The notes below the pieces were generated by a model. It did no database searches and was not told the DNA's origin. It worked only from the letters and a program-made list of their open reading frames with translations. A DNA stretch of 63,803 nucleotides, counting the filler, from Parasitella parasitica NRRL 2501 (taxonomy: Eukaryota > Fungi > Mucoromycota), in assembly GCA_025201805.1 (NCBI GenBank). It is 14 parts of 14 records of this genome, joined end to end, with 100 filler letters (N's around TTAATTAATTAA, not from the genome) between each part and the next. Parts side by side here need not be neighbours in the genome. Positions count along the whole stretch, not along the records: positions 36,679 to 62,410 come from MU619381.1; 13 more parts are not named here. The stretch is one strand, 5' to 3'. Positions 48,524 to 61,642 of the stretch are shown in pieces. Each line of letters opens with the position of its first letter. The stretch's first letter is position 1. Made by a program: the position numbers and the translations under genes.

Positions 48524-49891
48524 ATGAACACTGCAATTCCTTTATACCATCACCATCCATACTCTGGCTATCGCTTTGAAAACACATCCAGACTATACTC
48601 ACAATCGACTCCCCCTGAAGATACCTTTGATGATGAAGATCAAATTCCATCAGTAGATGAATTTCGTGCCATTATTGATGATTATCTGAACAATCTCAGT
48701 CCTAAAAAGAGAGATAAGGCTCTAGTAGATCAGCATCGCTACTGTTTGATTCAGCAAGTCTTGAGAGACCCAAGAAATACAGCCATTTCAACTGCTCAAT
48801 TCCGTTTTTGGGTCAAGAAGATGTTTCAGCTCCAGCCAGGAACAACCGATCTCGTTTGCCATGACAACAAACCCGTTGCTATGAAGGAGCAAATTTACGA
48901 TATCTTGGTCAAAGCACATAGAGAAGCTCATCATGGTGGTAGAGATAAAACTTCTGCTTTGGTCCGAAGGCGTTTCTCTTGGATCCCGAAAGAATTAGTT
49001 GCTCGATTTGTTCGACATTGTCCCTTTTGCATTACTCGTCGTAATAGTGGCCATAGCCCCAATACTTTGATATCCAAGAACTCAAGCCCTCGTTCCAGTC
49101 GCTATTCAAGACATGGCTACTCATTTGATTCCAGCATTCCAAGTATCTGTACACCAAATTCTATTAAACAAGAAGACAGCGATTTATCATCCGGTCCTCC
49201 TTCATCTGATAGTGGCTACGAAGCAACTCCGAATTATGTAACAATGTCCACTACTTCTTCACCAAGGAGACCTTACTTTAGTTCAATGTATGATAGAGAC
49301 GAGCCTGATTTCCTGGATTGTCCTTATGATCCAACTTCATTTTCAATGAGCAACAGTTTTCGTACATCAAACACCCCATTAGCAGATCAACGCCAACAAC
49401 ACCACAATGTTATGCATCCATTGACGCATCACTCTCACCCGCAACCACAATCACCTTTATTTTACAACCAGAATTATTCTGGATATCCATTTTACAGCAC
49501 GGGTTATTATCCTAATGCATTAGGCATTACACCATGTCAAGAGAACACGCCAACCGCTACAACTACCACCTCTAATACTACTTCAACGTGTTCTACTACT
49601 ACTACTGCTACCAATTCTTCTGCCGCGGCTGTTGCCGCCGCCTCAAGCACTGCAGCAGCGGCAGCGGCAGCGGTTGCTCTAATGCGATCACCGGGTGTCA
49701 GTACAACAGACTTATTGTCACATCATCATCCAGATCATTACAGTAATAGCAATGCTACACAGCAACACCATTCCAGCAGCAACAACCATTATCACCAGCA
49801 ACAGCATCAGAGTCATCATTCGTCAGCTAGTCACTTTGCGTCCTATCAACCATTGAGCATGCCTGAGAATGCTTTTAGTACCGAAATCTAG
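48524..49891 (+). CDS. Integrase zinc-binding (H2C2) domain protein with low-complexity tail, probable transcriptional regulator
   Basis: ILVKAHREAHHGGRDKT...FSWIPKELVARFVRHCPFC. No integrase core is present. Poly-T/A/H/Q tracts follow. Confidence 0.8.
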   Translation: MNTAIPLYHHHPYSGYRFENTSRLYSQSTPPEDTFDDEDQIPSVDEFRAIIDDYLNNLSPKKRDKALVDQHRYCLIQQVLRDPRNTAISTAQFRFWVKKMFQLQPGTTDLVCHDNKPVAMKEQIYDILVKAHREAHHGGRDKTSALVRRRFSWIPKELVARFVRHCPFCITRRNSGHSPNTLISKNSSPRSSRYSRHGYSFDSSIPSICTPNSIKQEDSDLSSGPPSSDSGYEATPNYVTMSTTSSPRRPYFSSMYDRDEPDFLDCPYDPTSFSMSNSFRTSNTPLADQRQQHHNVMHPLTHHSHPQPQSPLFYNQNYSGYPFYSTGYYPNALGITPCQENTPTATTTTSNTTSTCSTTTTATNSSAAAVAAASSTAAAAAAAVALMRSPGVSTTDLLSHHHPDHYSNSNATQQHHSSSNNHYHQQQHQSHHSSASHFASYQPLSMPENAFSTEI

Positions 49892-50392
49892 TTTAACCTG
49901 AAAAATGTGTGTTCTTTATAAATCCAAACAAAACAGCAACAGAAACAACAAAAAATCAACATATATCATAATACAACCTACTCGCAAAGCAAAGTTTTTT
50001 TTATTTCTTTCTTTCCATCTCTTTGAAAATNNNNNNNNNNNNNNNNNNNNNNNNNNNNNNNNNNNNNNNNNNNNNNNNNNNNNNNNNNNNNNNNNNNNNN
50101 NNNNNNNNNNNNNNNNNNNNNNNNNNNNNNNNNNNNNNNNNNNNNNNNNNNNNNNNNNNNNNNNNNNNNNACATTTCACACATGGAAAAATGTAAATTCA
50201 ACATCAACACAATAATTACCCTCATATGCCCTCTCGATTATTTATTATGAATATATACCCGTCTGATCTCTTTTCCCCCTTGTTTCGTCTTTGACATTTA
50301 TATTCAGCGCTTTTATTTCTTGTACACATTTAATATATATATATTTACATATAAATATCAATAAAAGAGACATTTATTCCTTCTTTTTTAGG

Positions 50393-52411
50393 CTATATTA
50401 CGTTGAATGTACTAATGCAATCGATGACCCACTGTGGATCTCGGACTTGACATTGACTTAACCAACTAGGGCATTTCTTTTTATCACTGCATTTTATGAC
50501 AACGGGCTCTTGTAGGTCTAATACGTTTTCATTTTCGTCAACTGAGCTGCCACGAGCAGGAGGTTTTCTAGTCAAGATTTTCGCTCCACCAGCTCTACAT
50601 AGCTTTAGCAAATCATTCTTGTTGTGCTTCCCACTGAAATCCCCAAAGAAGTGAAAACGCAAATCTTGAAATAAGGGCTGATGTTGAGATTTCCTTGCTA
50701 GCATTGGTGCATGCGTCTTTCCAGTTAGATGATCCCCTTGAACTTCGTACTTTTCTTCTGGCTGCCATTTCTTTAATTTGGTGCTTTCAATCAACCCTGA
50801 AGAAAAAGAAGAAAAGTGAGCATCTATATTCATTTTTTCAAAAGAAAAGGGGCTCACATTTGGGTTCAACGATCCATTTGCCCTTGAGCACGCTTTGCAA
50901 ATACTTGAGTGTCCTCTTGCAAAGATGCTTTTTGTCAACGCTAGTAATAACATGCGTTACGTCGTCAAAATTCCTCATTTCGTAATGAATGACAATCTTG
51001 AGCTTTTGGTCTGCCTCATCTTTAATCTTTTCCAGCTTCTTTTCGTCTTCAGGTGTTAAACCTGTATATAGAATGTGGACCTCTCTGTGCCCTGCGCTAT
51101 TGCTTCGTCTTCTTGTGTTGGGAATGGTCAGCGTTCCGGCTACTTGCGCATCTTCTTCTTCTGCAGCCGCAGTTAGTTGATAGGGTTGTTTGTTTGACAC
51201 AGCGCTGTCATTAGGTTGCTGTTTGGTTATTCTTGGTGGGGGTGGCATTTCAGCAACTCGTTGGTTTCGGTACCTACGGCATATGCCGCATGTTTGCAAA
51301 TAAGGCTTGTTTTTATAGTGGCATTTGGTGCATTTCCACATGTTCTAGGTACCACAACTTCAGTTTGGACAATGTTCGCCTGATATGCTATACTTACACT
51401 ATCAGCATTTTCGTCCTCATTATCAGAATATACAATTTCTGGGATGATATGTCTAATTTCGTTGTTGTCTGTGGCCAACTGGGTAGATTGAGACATTGGC
51501 TCATCTAGTGTCGCAGTAGTAAAAGAAGGTAGGGCTTCACCTTCAGAACTGCCTTCTGTAGAAGCCATTGCACTGTCGCCATTTCTTTGCGATTCATCAT
51601 CTTGAGAAAATGTAAAGATATCGCCAAGAATGTTTTTGGGGTCCAGTAAGCGGGTCTTTTCGTTTCCACTTGTAGGTTTGTGATTCTGGCCTGTTGTCTG
51701 CATTTGCGCTGCAGGAGTAGTGGCAATTTGGCGGAAGCTATCATCGCACCCACTTGTATCGCTAGTCTTTGGTTTCTTTACGGTCTGAGTAGCGGTTTGA
51801 GACAAACCATCGTTAAATTCTCTCTCCAGATCATCTTCAATTGTGGCTGTGTCCTGCGTATCTACCTCAGATATTGGCCTTTTTCGATTAGATGCTGTTT
51901 GTAGCTCGTCCATCGAACTGTCATCAATTTGATACTCCTCCTCAGTTTCTGCTCTTTGTGATTCTGCTGTTTGCTGGTATGAATGATTCTTAATCATGAG
52001 TAGTTGTCGTTGGTAATCAAGAGAAACATCCAAAGGCGTAAGTGAATGGTTCAATAGCTTCGTTTTCAAGTTCTCGACATAAACAAGTATGTTCTCGAGT
52101 GTGGTGTCTGGCCGCAAGTGCTTGCTGTCGACAGGCTTTTGGCATGTTGGACAGACCGCCTCCTCTCTCAGTACTCGCTCGATGCATTTTCTATGGTTAA
52201 CCAGGTTAGACTGTGCGTAGCTGTTGCACACATTTGACTCATCTTATTACAAGCAGAATCGATGGCCGCAGTCTCCAACGATTGTTGGTTGTATAAATGA
52301 AGCATCACTAAATTACAATTAGTAGAGCGTTTCTTGGGGGTCATTGACCTCGACGTACCATATGCTACACTCTAAATACTCTTCAATCTTTAATGCGCCT
52401 TCTAGTATCAT
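50393..52411 (-). CDS. RING + RanBP2-type Zn finger + tandem BRCT protein (BRCA1/BARD1-like architecture)
   Basis: RING LECSIC..CGHRFC..C..CPTC split over short introns, WKCTKC...CGIC, and BRCT motifs VTHVI, RTLKYL and WVIDCI. The start is uncertain. Confidence 0.8.
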
Positions 52412-52810
52412 CAAATAAATGTTGACTGATTGAAAGAAACACCTTCCGCTCCATTGATGAGCACGACCCTTTTTATACACACATCGGCAAATGAACGCGA
52501 AGTCCTGCAGCCAACAACAACGGACGATCTACACGCAAATTTATGCCATTCAATAGCAGCTTTGTTCGAGCTGACGGACCCCAGTCAAGACAGTTTTATG
52601 TAGCTACTATATTCAAGCAATTAGAATGGAATGCTTTTGAACGTTAACAAAGCATCTCTATGCATTCATTATTACATTGCACTGTTGATTTGGAAGGAAA
52701 TTCAGTCACATTGCATGCTTTCCCCATATCACTTTAGGCAGGCCTTTTACAGATTCATACATGAACCCTTTCTTTTTCACTTTATAAAACATAAACAAGC
52801 AGATCTCGAA

Positions 52811-53154
52811 ATGTCCTCTATTCCATCGAGCTCCCTATCGAATGAAAATCCAGCGAGACGAATCCGAAGAAACCCTTCGATGCTAGCTTTAAACCAGCAT
52901 TCTCGAAACGCACTCTCTCGTATGCTCAAACACAGAACTTATAAAGAGGAATTACAGGCATTTTACGAAAGACAATCCGAAGGCTTGTCTTCAATTCCAA
53001 ATTATTTGAAAAATACTGTGTACGCTGAATTAGTAAAGCAACAGTGGATGATATATACAATGATCTGTAGTCCCCACAAGTTGTCTGCGAAAACGGCAAC
53101 TATCGAATCGAATGGTCGTAACAGCAACAACAACAACGGTAACAGCAGTAACAA

Positions 53155-53185
<31 letters not shown>

Positions 53186-55300
53186 GGTAGGAGCAGCAGT
53201 AGCAGCAGCAGTAATAGTAGTGGTAGTAGCAGTAGCAGCGTCAATCTTCTACTTGATCCTCCTCGTTTACATCGAAGCTACAGCACAGTTGATTTATCGC
53301 AGCAATCATATCTGCATGAAGATGACGAGCAAGTGAATCACACCAACATGATTATTGATTCCATGATAAACGACATTCATCCTGCTCCTATTGCACAAGG
53401 GAGAAGACTGCCTTCAATCAAAGAATTTGAGGATCTACAAAAGCTACTAAATGGAGATTCATTCAAGTTGTCGTTAGTGATGCAGGATCTACGTCCTCCT
53501 TCTGCTTGGGATTTAAAGGCCAAAGGCGAGCATATTGATATCAGTAGTGATAACATGCAGCTCACGTACCGAGGTGAGATTAATTTTCAATGTGTTGTCG
53601 GCAATTGCTGAAGCAAAGATGATAGGCAACGGGAAAGACGAGAGCGATGTTGCGTCTGCTCGAGCCAATTATGCAATGAGAAAGCAGTGCGGCATCTATT
53701 ATTTCGAGGTTAAAATCATTTCCAAGGGCGTGGATGGACACATTGGCATCGGGTTTTGTAGACGAATCAATAGTTTAGATAGATTTCCTGGTAAAATCAA
53801 GCATACGATATCATTTCATGAACGCAAGCTAATACACACACACACGCACACACAAAAGGATGGGAGGAGCATTCGTGGGGTTATCATGGGGAAAATGGAC
53901 ATATATTCTCGGGCCCAGGCACAGAAAAGGCATACGGGCCCAAGTACGGCACTGGAGATATTATAGGGTGTGGCATTGATTTTAGAGATATGTCCGCTTT
54001 CTATACAAAGAACGGCATCTACCTGGGCACAGCATTCAAAAAAGTAAAGGACACTGAATTGTTCCCCTTTGTCGGCTTCAAAACACCAGGGGAAAAGATT
54101 GAGGCTAATTTTGGTGCCAAACCGTTTATATTTGACATTTACCAACTTTTGGCAAACGAAAAACGAGGATTATTAAACCGCATCGCTCTTAAACCAGCAC
54201 TTACATCATCGCGATTCAAAGTTGTAAACAACTCTTTGGCAAACAACTTGGCGGATAATGTGGTAATGGAGTACTTGAGGCACAACGGATATCATAAAGC
54301 TGCAAAATCGTTGCAAAATTCCATCCTACAAAAAGGCAATACACCGTCTGTAGATAATTTGGAGCCAAAACTGGACGCAGAGGCAATACATAGACAAGGT
54401 TTGGCTGTGAAATTATTATGCAAATTCAATACTGAATCCTTTTGCTCAGAAATTCGTCAAGCTATTTTTGCAGGCAATATTGATCGTGTATTCGAGCTTT
54501 GTGACAAGCACTACCCTCAAGTATTACATGAAAACCCTATGATTTTATTCAAGTTGAAATGTCGAAAATTTATAGAGATGATCAGACAAGTGCACTTGCA
54601 GATGGAACATGCTCGTCAAGAGGAAATACCGCATGATGCAGTAAGAGAGCAAGACGATCTTCACGATACTCTTTTACACGAAGCACAAAGCCTCAAGGTG
54701 TCGGAAAACAGCTCGTCGCAATCAATTCCTCTCAAACGAAGCGCAAATTCACTACATTCATCAGATGCGCGTTATAGAAAGAAGAAGAAGCGAGTTATGA
54801 GAGAAGATTTGTCACTGTTTGAGACTGGGCTGGCTTATGGTATCGAATTGAAAAAAGCATACGCTCAAGAGTCCAAGACAAACAAAGCAGTTGAAATAGA
54901 ACTTGAGGTGAATACAGTGCAATTTTTTATTTTTTATTTTTGTATGGCCACAATGGGACACTAACGCTAGGCAAAAATAAAGTCTGCTTCTTCGATATTG
55001 GCCTATTCAGATTTATCGCATCCAAAAGTGGCTCCGTTGTTTGAAGCAAGACGAATCGAAACAGTGGCATCCGAATTGAATTCAGCCATATTAGGTAAAT
55101 ACATTCACAAACAACTCATATAGCATTGAGCGTAAACCACCATTTTAACAATAGTTTCTCTTGGAAAATACCCCAATTCGTCACTGGAACGCATTTATCG
55201 TCAAACGTGTGCAACCATTGAGGAGCTAGTGTTGTCAGGAAATGCAAAGGCGGCATTGCTCCAGCCTGAACGCGATTGCTTTAAATCCCTAGATGTGTAA
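52811..55300 (+). CDS. RanBP9/10 (GID1/Vid30)-like SPRY-LisH-CTLH-CRA protein, multi-exon
   Basis: PSAW, CGIYYFEV, IGIGF, GWE.HSWGYHG, GDIIGCG, FYTKNG, NFGAKPF, LisH YLRHNGY, CTLH LFKLKCRKFIE and CRA LNSAIL. Confidence 0.93.
53118..53239 (+). repeat. AAC/AGC/AGT trinucleotide tract (poly-Asn/Ser)
   Basis: Visible coding microsatellite. Confidence 0.9.
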
Positions 55301-55499
55301 ATTTCATGTATACTTTATCGAATCTAATTTGCCTCATATAGTTATATCCAAATCCCAACATACTAATGCTACTACCTTTCCATTATATCATTTACTGAAT
55401 AAAAACTAGTACAAGGCTCCTTATGTGGCTCCTTTCCAGGAATTTACTACAGGGCTTTAATATCTATACATGTGCTTTTTTTTTTTGCTTTGTTTTATT

Positions 55500-58400
55500 T
55501 TACAAAACCCATCCAGGTGGAGAAAATATATAGACCATATCAGAATCTTTTAAAATCAAAGAAGGAACTGGATTTGCATAGACAAAAGGCAATTCATTTC
55601 CTAATTCATCATCAGGAGCACGGAATAATCCAATTGCCAAGACTTCGTACTGTATCAACAGTGTTTTGAACAAGACTGAATAGTTGCGCCCAACAAACTC
55701 TATGGGCAATTGGATACTGGTGAGGTGAGGCGCTAAACGAGCAGCGGCACTAGCAGATGTAATTTCAGGAGTGGTGGACAAAAGATAGGCAGCAGAGCCG
55801 TCGTATAACGGTCCAGGCATGCCGCACAACGTCTTGATAATAGATACAATATCAGGCTTATAGTATGTTTGACTGAGCAATACGTTGCTGATAAGACTGT
55901 CTGCAACAACATCGCCTGCTGCATAGGCTGGTGTGTAAAATACATCAATTTCCTCAGCTACGTCTTTTCCTTGCAACAGATGCATGAATTTAATGTTGGA
56001 TTTTTCAACTAGTGTGTATAAGTGATAATCCTAATAACATACGTGTTATAAACTTACTTAGGTTCACAATCGTATAAGCATCATTGGGTCTTTCTTGCAA
56101 CAACAGGTCAAGGATATGGCTTGCCATGCTATTAAATATATTCATATGACGAGCGCAAATTTAGATTTCCAATGTTTCCACGTGTATCTATCGTATGCAA
56201 ACTTACACAGCGGGACTATCTGAATTGCGCTCATATTGGTCCAAGCATTCCTTCTCACTACATGATACGTAATTTTCGCGAGCATGAGTATATAATTTTC
56301 TATTCAAGACATGTAATTCTATGTTAAAATCACCTCATTACAACAACTTGCTTGGCCCTTTTCGCACCAGCTCGAAGAAGATCATCTGGATGTCTACAAT
56401 TTCCCTGTATATTAATGTAAACAGTGCAAAAGTCCTATTACTTGCATATGTTGATACATACCTCCATAAAATATACCTTTGGAAAACTACTGATCAGTTC
56501 GAATATCTTTGGCGAAGGCTCCTTTGAACATAACAATACAATGTCCTGCAGCTCGTCTGCCTTGATGTTGGGCGATCTAAGGTTGTAGATAAACTTGAAC
56601 ATGTTGATTACTTCCCGATGCAAACAAACAAGCACATGATTGCTCATCCCATCAGTGTCTTGTATAATAACATCTTCCAATCGAGCAGGCGTATCCAACA
56701 GGTAGCAAAGAGGCAATGACGTGTCTTCCTCAATCTTTTCAGTCCCTGGCGATGATTTACCTATTCGCTTGATCAATGCTCGGCTGCCGGATAGGAGTGC
56801 ATGGCGCTTTGAAGGCAGCTTGGAAACACTGTATGATTGATTTGTAGAGACATTGTTAGCGCTTCGTTGCGACTTGTAAGATCTGCAAGTACTAGTGGAC
56901 GATGAAGAAGGATTTCGGTTAAAAGCGGCTGCTAACAGATTGTGTGTGGACTGTTGCAAGATTGTTGCTTCGCTAGCTTTGGATCCTTTAGGAATGCGTT
57001 GATCTTTGGTAGATCTGCTGGTGTTGACGGCGCTGTTAGGTTGTACATCATTACACATCGTGAATTGATTTGGGTTTGGCTTGGGCTGAATTACGTGCAG
57101 GCCTTTTGTTAGAATTCTAGTATTATGCAAGTAACATGCACACTCACCAGAGTTTGGATGTCCTGAATTTCTTTGGGCCCTTCTGCTATATAGACGCATT
57201 CATCTTTTGGTTTAATCTTGTACGAATTGCTAGGATTCAACAGTATCTCATAATCATTTTTTTCGGGCATAAATGTCTTGATCGCAAACAGGATGACCTG
57301 GGCTTCTTCAAACAGAAACTACACGTAAACATGTATATGTACTTGTCAGCTATGAGTAGTTAAATTAGCTTTAGTTCATGTACCAATGCTGCTTGTCCAA
57401 ATGTGAGATCCAGTATACAATGCGGTGCTTTGCCAGTGTAGATCTCATTGCATGAGCCATCATCTACGTACGCATGAATAAATATATTGTGTGTAAACAC
57501 ATATTTGTACAATACTCACCAAACTGAGCTTGCCATCCTTCATCGTACTGATTTATGGGCTGCCTTTGATGCAGTAGATTTGTCAGTAACGTTGATGCAC
57601 CTCGACAACGGCAATTCATGGCCAATAAATATTGCTTAAATTCACGCACGCAAATGATCTCTTTGGCAACTTTTTGATATACGGCTGTGCTAGGCGACAA
57701 ATTGTATGTGTAGATGGGGACATTATGGGTGACTGTATGACAATACAGAGACCATAGTCGAACTGTGTTTCTTTCGTCTTCTTTGGACGGCTCAGAGGCG
57801 TTCTGGTCTATTTTGTATGATGTTCAGTTCAAACATTTATCAATCATCAAACATTAAAAACAAAAAAAAAAAAAAAACTTGCCAGAAATGGTAAAAATTG
57901 CTTCAGCGTATCTTGCTTCCTAAACACTGACCATTAGATGCTACAGACTTTATAAAACCAAAACCAAAAACTTACTACTCTCAGCAATGTCTTTTCATCC
58001 TTCAAACAAAATGGTTTAAGCTCATGTAATGCTTACATATACACGAGAAAATGCAACTTACCAAGACAGAGCCATGAAGAAACTGAACTCTGTGACCCCA
58101 AATCGAGTTTCTCTCCATCATTTTCAGCTGCTCAGTGGGTCGGTTGATATCAAGAAAGACTACGCTTAGATGATATTCTGTATTTTCCGTGTTCAAGAAT
58201 CCATCCAAAATCTCGACAACCTGGTCTGGTGTAAAGGAACCAACAATCAAGATGAAAGGGGTTGTGCTGCTTCTACTAACATGTCCCTCACCCTCTATAA
58301 ATTGCACCTTTGTGTTGGTGATACCATGTCCATACACTGCATATCAAATATCAACATCAACACATTACCTTTTCGTTTTCTTAGTGTATCTGACACATCA

Positions 58401-60032
58401 GTTACTAAACCGGGAAGGACAGACAAAGCAATGATGATTAGCAACATCATTACAATTCGACTAGCTTGCGTATTTGGTGTAATATCTATACATCATATCA
58501 ACAAGAAATGGGTGTGTTACTAAAAATTAGTGCGTCTAATCAATTATTCTACTAACCACCGTAACCGACAGTAGATAGCGTAACCATGACAACGTACAGT
58601 GATTCTAAAATAGTATAATTATGTGTACCAAATGTCACTTCAGTGTATTGAAAAGCGCATGTTCCCGTAAACAACAGCACAATCAACGTCGATGTCAAAT
58701 TGATTAGTTTTGTCCTTAGGGGATCAACAGGCTTATCTACGTGGATGTTTTAGTATATATCTGAATAGTTACACATTCCTCAAATATTTTCATGTACCCG
58801 TCAATTGCAAATTGATTTTTATCTTCATAACGCTCTTGATTCTGAGGAGCAAGACCCAGCTTCGAATGAAATAGGGCACGTAAAGATATTGGCCGTGACG
58901 CATGGAAATAGATATCATGAACGGAATTGTTGTCAACATTTCAATTAAGCACCGAAAACTGAATAATACGGATGTCGGATGCTTGGAAATGAAAAATCCT
59001 GAAAAAAAAAACAAAAAAATGGATCAATAATGCGTTTCATAGCATAAATAAATTATATACTTTACTAATGACGAATGAGCCTAGATCCCAGTAGGACAAA
59101 GCGAGACAAACGAGCCTATGTATATGTTAATACTAGCATTCTCTTATCTCGACGCTATATGCAGCAACACACGCTACCATAAATCATACGATCTCCATTT
59201 AAACAGCCAAAATGGATCTAGGTCAACATCTGCTTCTTGCTTCATTTCAACTAGATATGCAAGGCAGAATAACAAATCGACCAACAAGTCCAAGTGAACA
59301 AACAAAATAATCGTCTTTTTTGCAAATAGTAAATCTCGGATAAACACAGCAAGTACATTATTCTCTAGAAATGCTTTGACATGGCCTAGAAACGACTTCT
59401 TGTGGACATGATGTCTATAAGATCAGAATAATACGATTGCTTAGAGAAGCTGCGTACGTATAGATCGCATTGTCCTTTACCGAGCTTTTCGCTTTTCCAC
59501 TCTGTAATTGGCACGTACAGTGCTCAAATTGATCTGTGGTTGTTGACGCATAAACAATTGCTCCAAAGAACTGTTGTTTTGTAATGATTTCTTGACCTCT
59601 GTAGCACTATGCGTGAAATGAATTGAGTTATATGCTAATAGTATAGAGACACGGCGATCGTTACTTTGGATCAAGAGCAGGTAGAACCAAGTCAGTAGCT
59701 CGAAGATCGTCATCGGAATCAGAATGTCGTTTTTTACTACTGCCAGAACTACCATGATGCAACATGGAAGAAAGTCGACTCGTTATTTTTGGCCTGCTCT
59801 TCCGGCAGAAATGTCGTTGTTCCATCCTACGTTTCTTTCTCTTCTTGATGCTGCTGTGGCTACTGCTCCCCCCTTCTTCTTCCTCGGGATCGCTAGGTGA
59901 AGATTCGTCACTTGAATGTGTAGTTGTGGCTTTAATTGTGCCATATCTGGAATTGCTACCTTCTATACATAGGCTATTCTCTTCATCCACCGTCGTCTTT
60001 TGAGCTTTCTTTTTCAAAGAGAAAAACAGCAT
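55500..60032 (-). CDS. BK/Slo-family (calcium-activated) potassium channel, multi-exon
   Basis: Pore motif TLSTVGYG at ~58560-58582, TM helices, RCK motifs (LLAMNC.C.GASTLLTNL, HVLVC, YAAGDV), and GLFR / PFVYANP. Confidence 0.9.
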
Positions 60033-61239
60033 TTCAGCTATTTTTTATGTCTGTTCGTGGACTAGGAAGAAAGAAAGAAAGGAAGGAAAGAAGAAAGAAA
60101 AAGGTAGATGTATGAGAAGATAAAAACAAGGGATTCTATACACAAGATAGGTATACACTTGTAAAGGGTCCTAAAAAAAGAAAATATCTCATGTGCGTGA
60201 ATGTTTTACACCTCAAGAGATCTGTCTAGATAAGTGTATTACAACAAGTGGCTTTAACGTCACACGGCAAACATCATTATTATGCGATCCTGTAGACAAT
60301 TATAATGAGGCAATTAGCATTAAATCACTCGTTGTACAGGCACATTGAATGTATCATACCTTTTATAATACAATATATCATGAACGTAAACATTACTCGA
60401 GATAGTATATATTGTTGCCATTGTTCGGCAAAGCTGGATTTCATTATAGAAGGCAGGGAGCATCTCCCAATCTTGAGAAAACCCCCTTTTCAAAACACAT
60501 TGACTGGGCTCATTGTGTTCCTATGATCATATAGTATTTCGACTTCCAACGAATTGGATTATCAATTCAGAATATACTTACTGATTACAGTAAATGCATA
60601 CATGTGCTTCAGTAAATTACACATTTGAAAGAGAATATAACGAATGTGGTTCAGCAAATCTTGAACAATGATAGAGCAAACGGAGGCTTTCAAGTGTAAG
60701 CCCTTCTTTTTTTTTTTGTGTGTTGACATCAGTCCTTCACAATGATTTGCATATATCAAGGTATTGTTCACAAATATACTCAAGTTATTATGCTTTATTT
60801 TAGAAAAATCATCATACAACGCGTTTACATTCTACGAAATATCAGCGGATCCTTCAAAAATACAATATAATCTGACATTAGTAACAATGAAACCGTTCAT
60901 CCACTGTTTGCCCCATATATATGCTGTTCAGTACTTGATAGTCTAATATTTATTTTATTTTTAGGGTCAAAGAAAGATTTTCATGGTGAAAACTAACTAC
61001 TATATAGCATCTAATTATACAATTAGATCAGGTGTACATAATCTATAACATGTATGCCTGAAATTGCTCCCCCCCCCCTAATCTTTCTTAATGCGTATGT
61101 AGGATCTCTTATGAATATACCAGTTTGCTCGCTCCTAAAAAGTTCGAACAACAGGAAAAACTGCAGAAAAGAACAGGCAAATAACAGTTTATAGTTAAAG
61201 ATATTTATTGGAATTGACAATGCATTACAATTAATACGA

Positions 61240-61642
61240 TTATTCCTCGCTAGCAGCAGCGGGCTTCTTTTCGTCACCAGTAGCACGAGCTAATGTAGAA
61301 TACAGAATGAGCATACAAACATTACAATACACGCAAAAGAATCACAACTTACTATAGATGACTTGAGAGTGATGGCGAGAGACAGCCTTGATCAAACCTT
61401 GAGCCTCGAGCTCACGGATGGCAATACGAGCCAAAGAACCGTTCAGCTTGAGACGGTCAACCAAAACTGATTGGGAAATGAGCTTATAGGTGGGAACTTC
61501 CTTGAACAAACGGTCATAGGTAGGCTTATCGAGGATAACCATGTTGTTGGACTTGTCCTTGACCTTCTTAGCAGACCACTTCTTCTTGGCCTTCTTTCCA
61601 CCAGATGATGAGCTAGGCTTAGCGGCAACGTCTTTTTTAGCC
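61240..61642 (-). CDS. RPS25: 40S ribosomal protein S25 (eS25); start codon exon upstream and unresolved
   Basis: [38 protein letters not shown] and HHSQVIY, then an intron and a final exon ending ..[15 protein letters not shown]. Confidence 0.95.

Noticed and set aside
51227-51400. Apparent frameshift between the 334-aa and 167-aa ORFs
   Set aside because: A ~53-nt GTAAGT...CCTAG intron restores the frame (..DS|NMWKC).
53002-53336. Poly-Leu and poly-Ala/Thr ORFs (also 16778-16987)
   Set aside because: They are alternative-frame or antisense shadows of low-complexity coding tracts.
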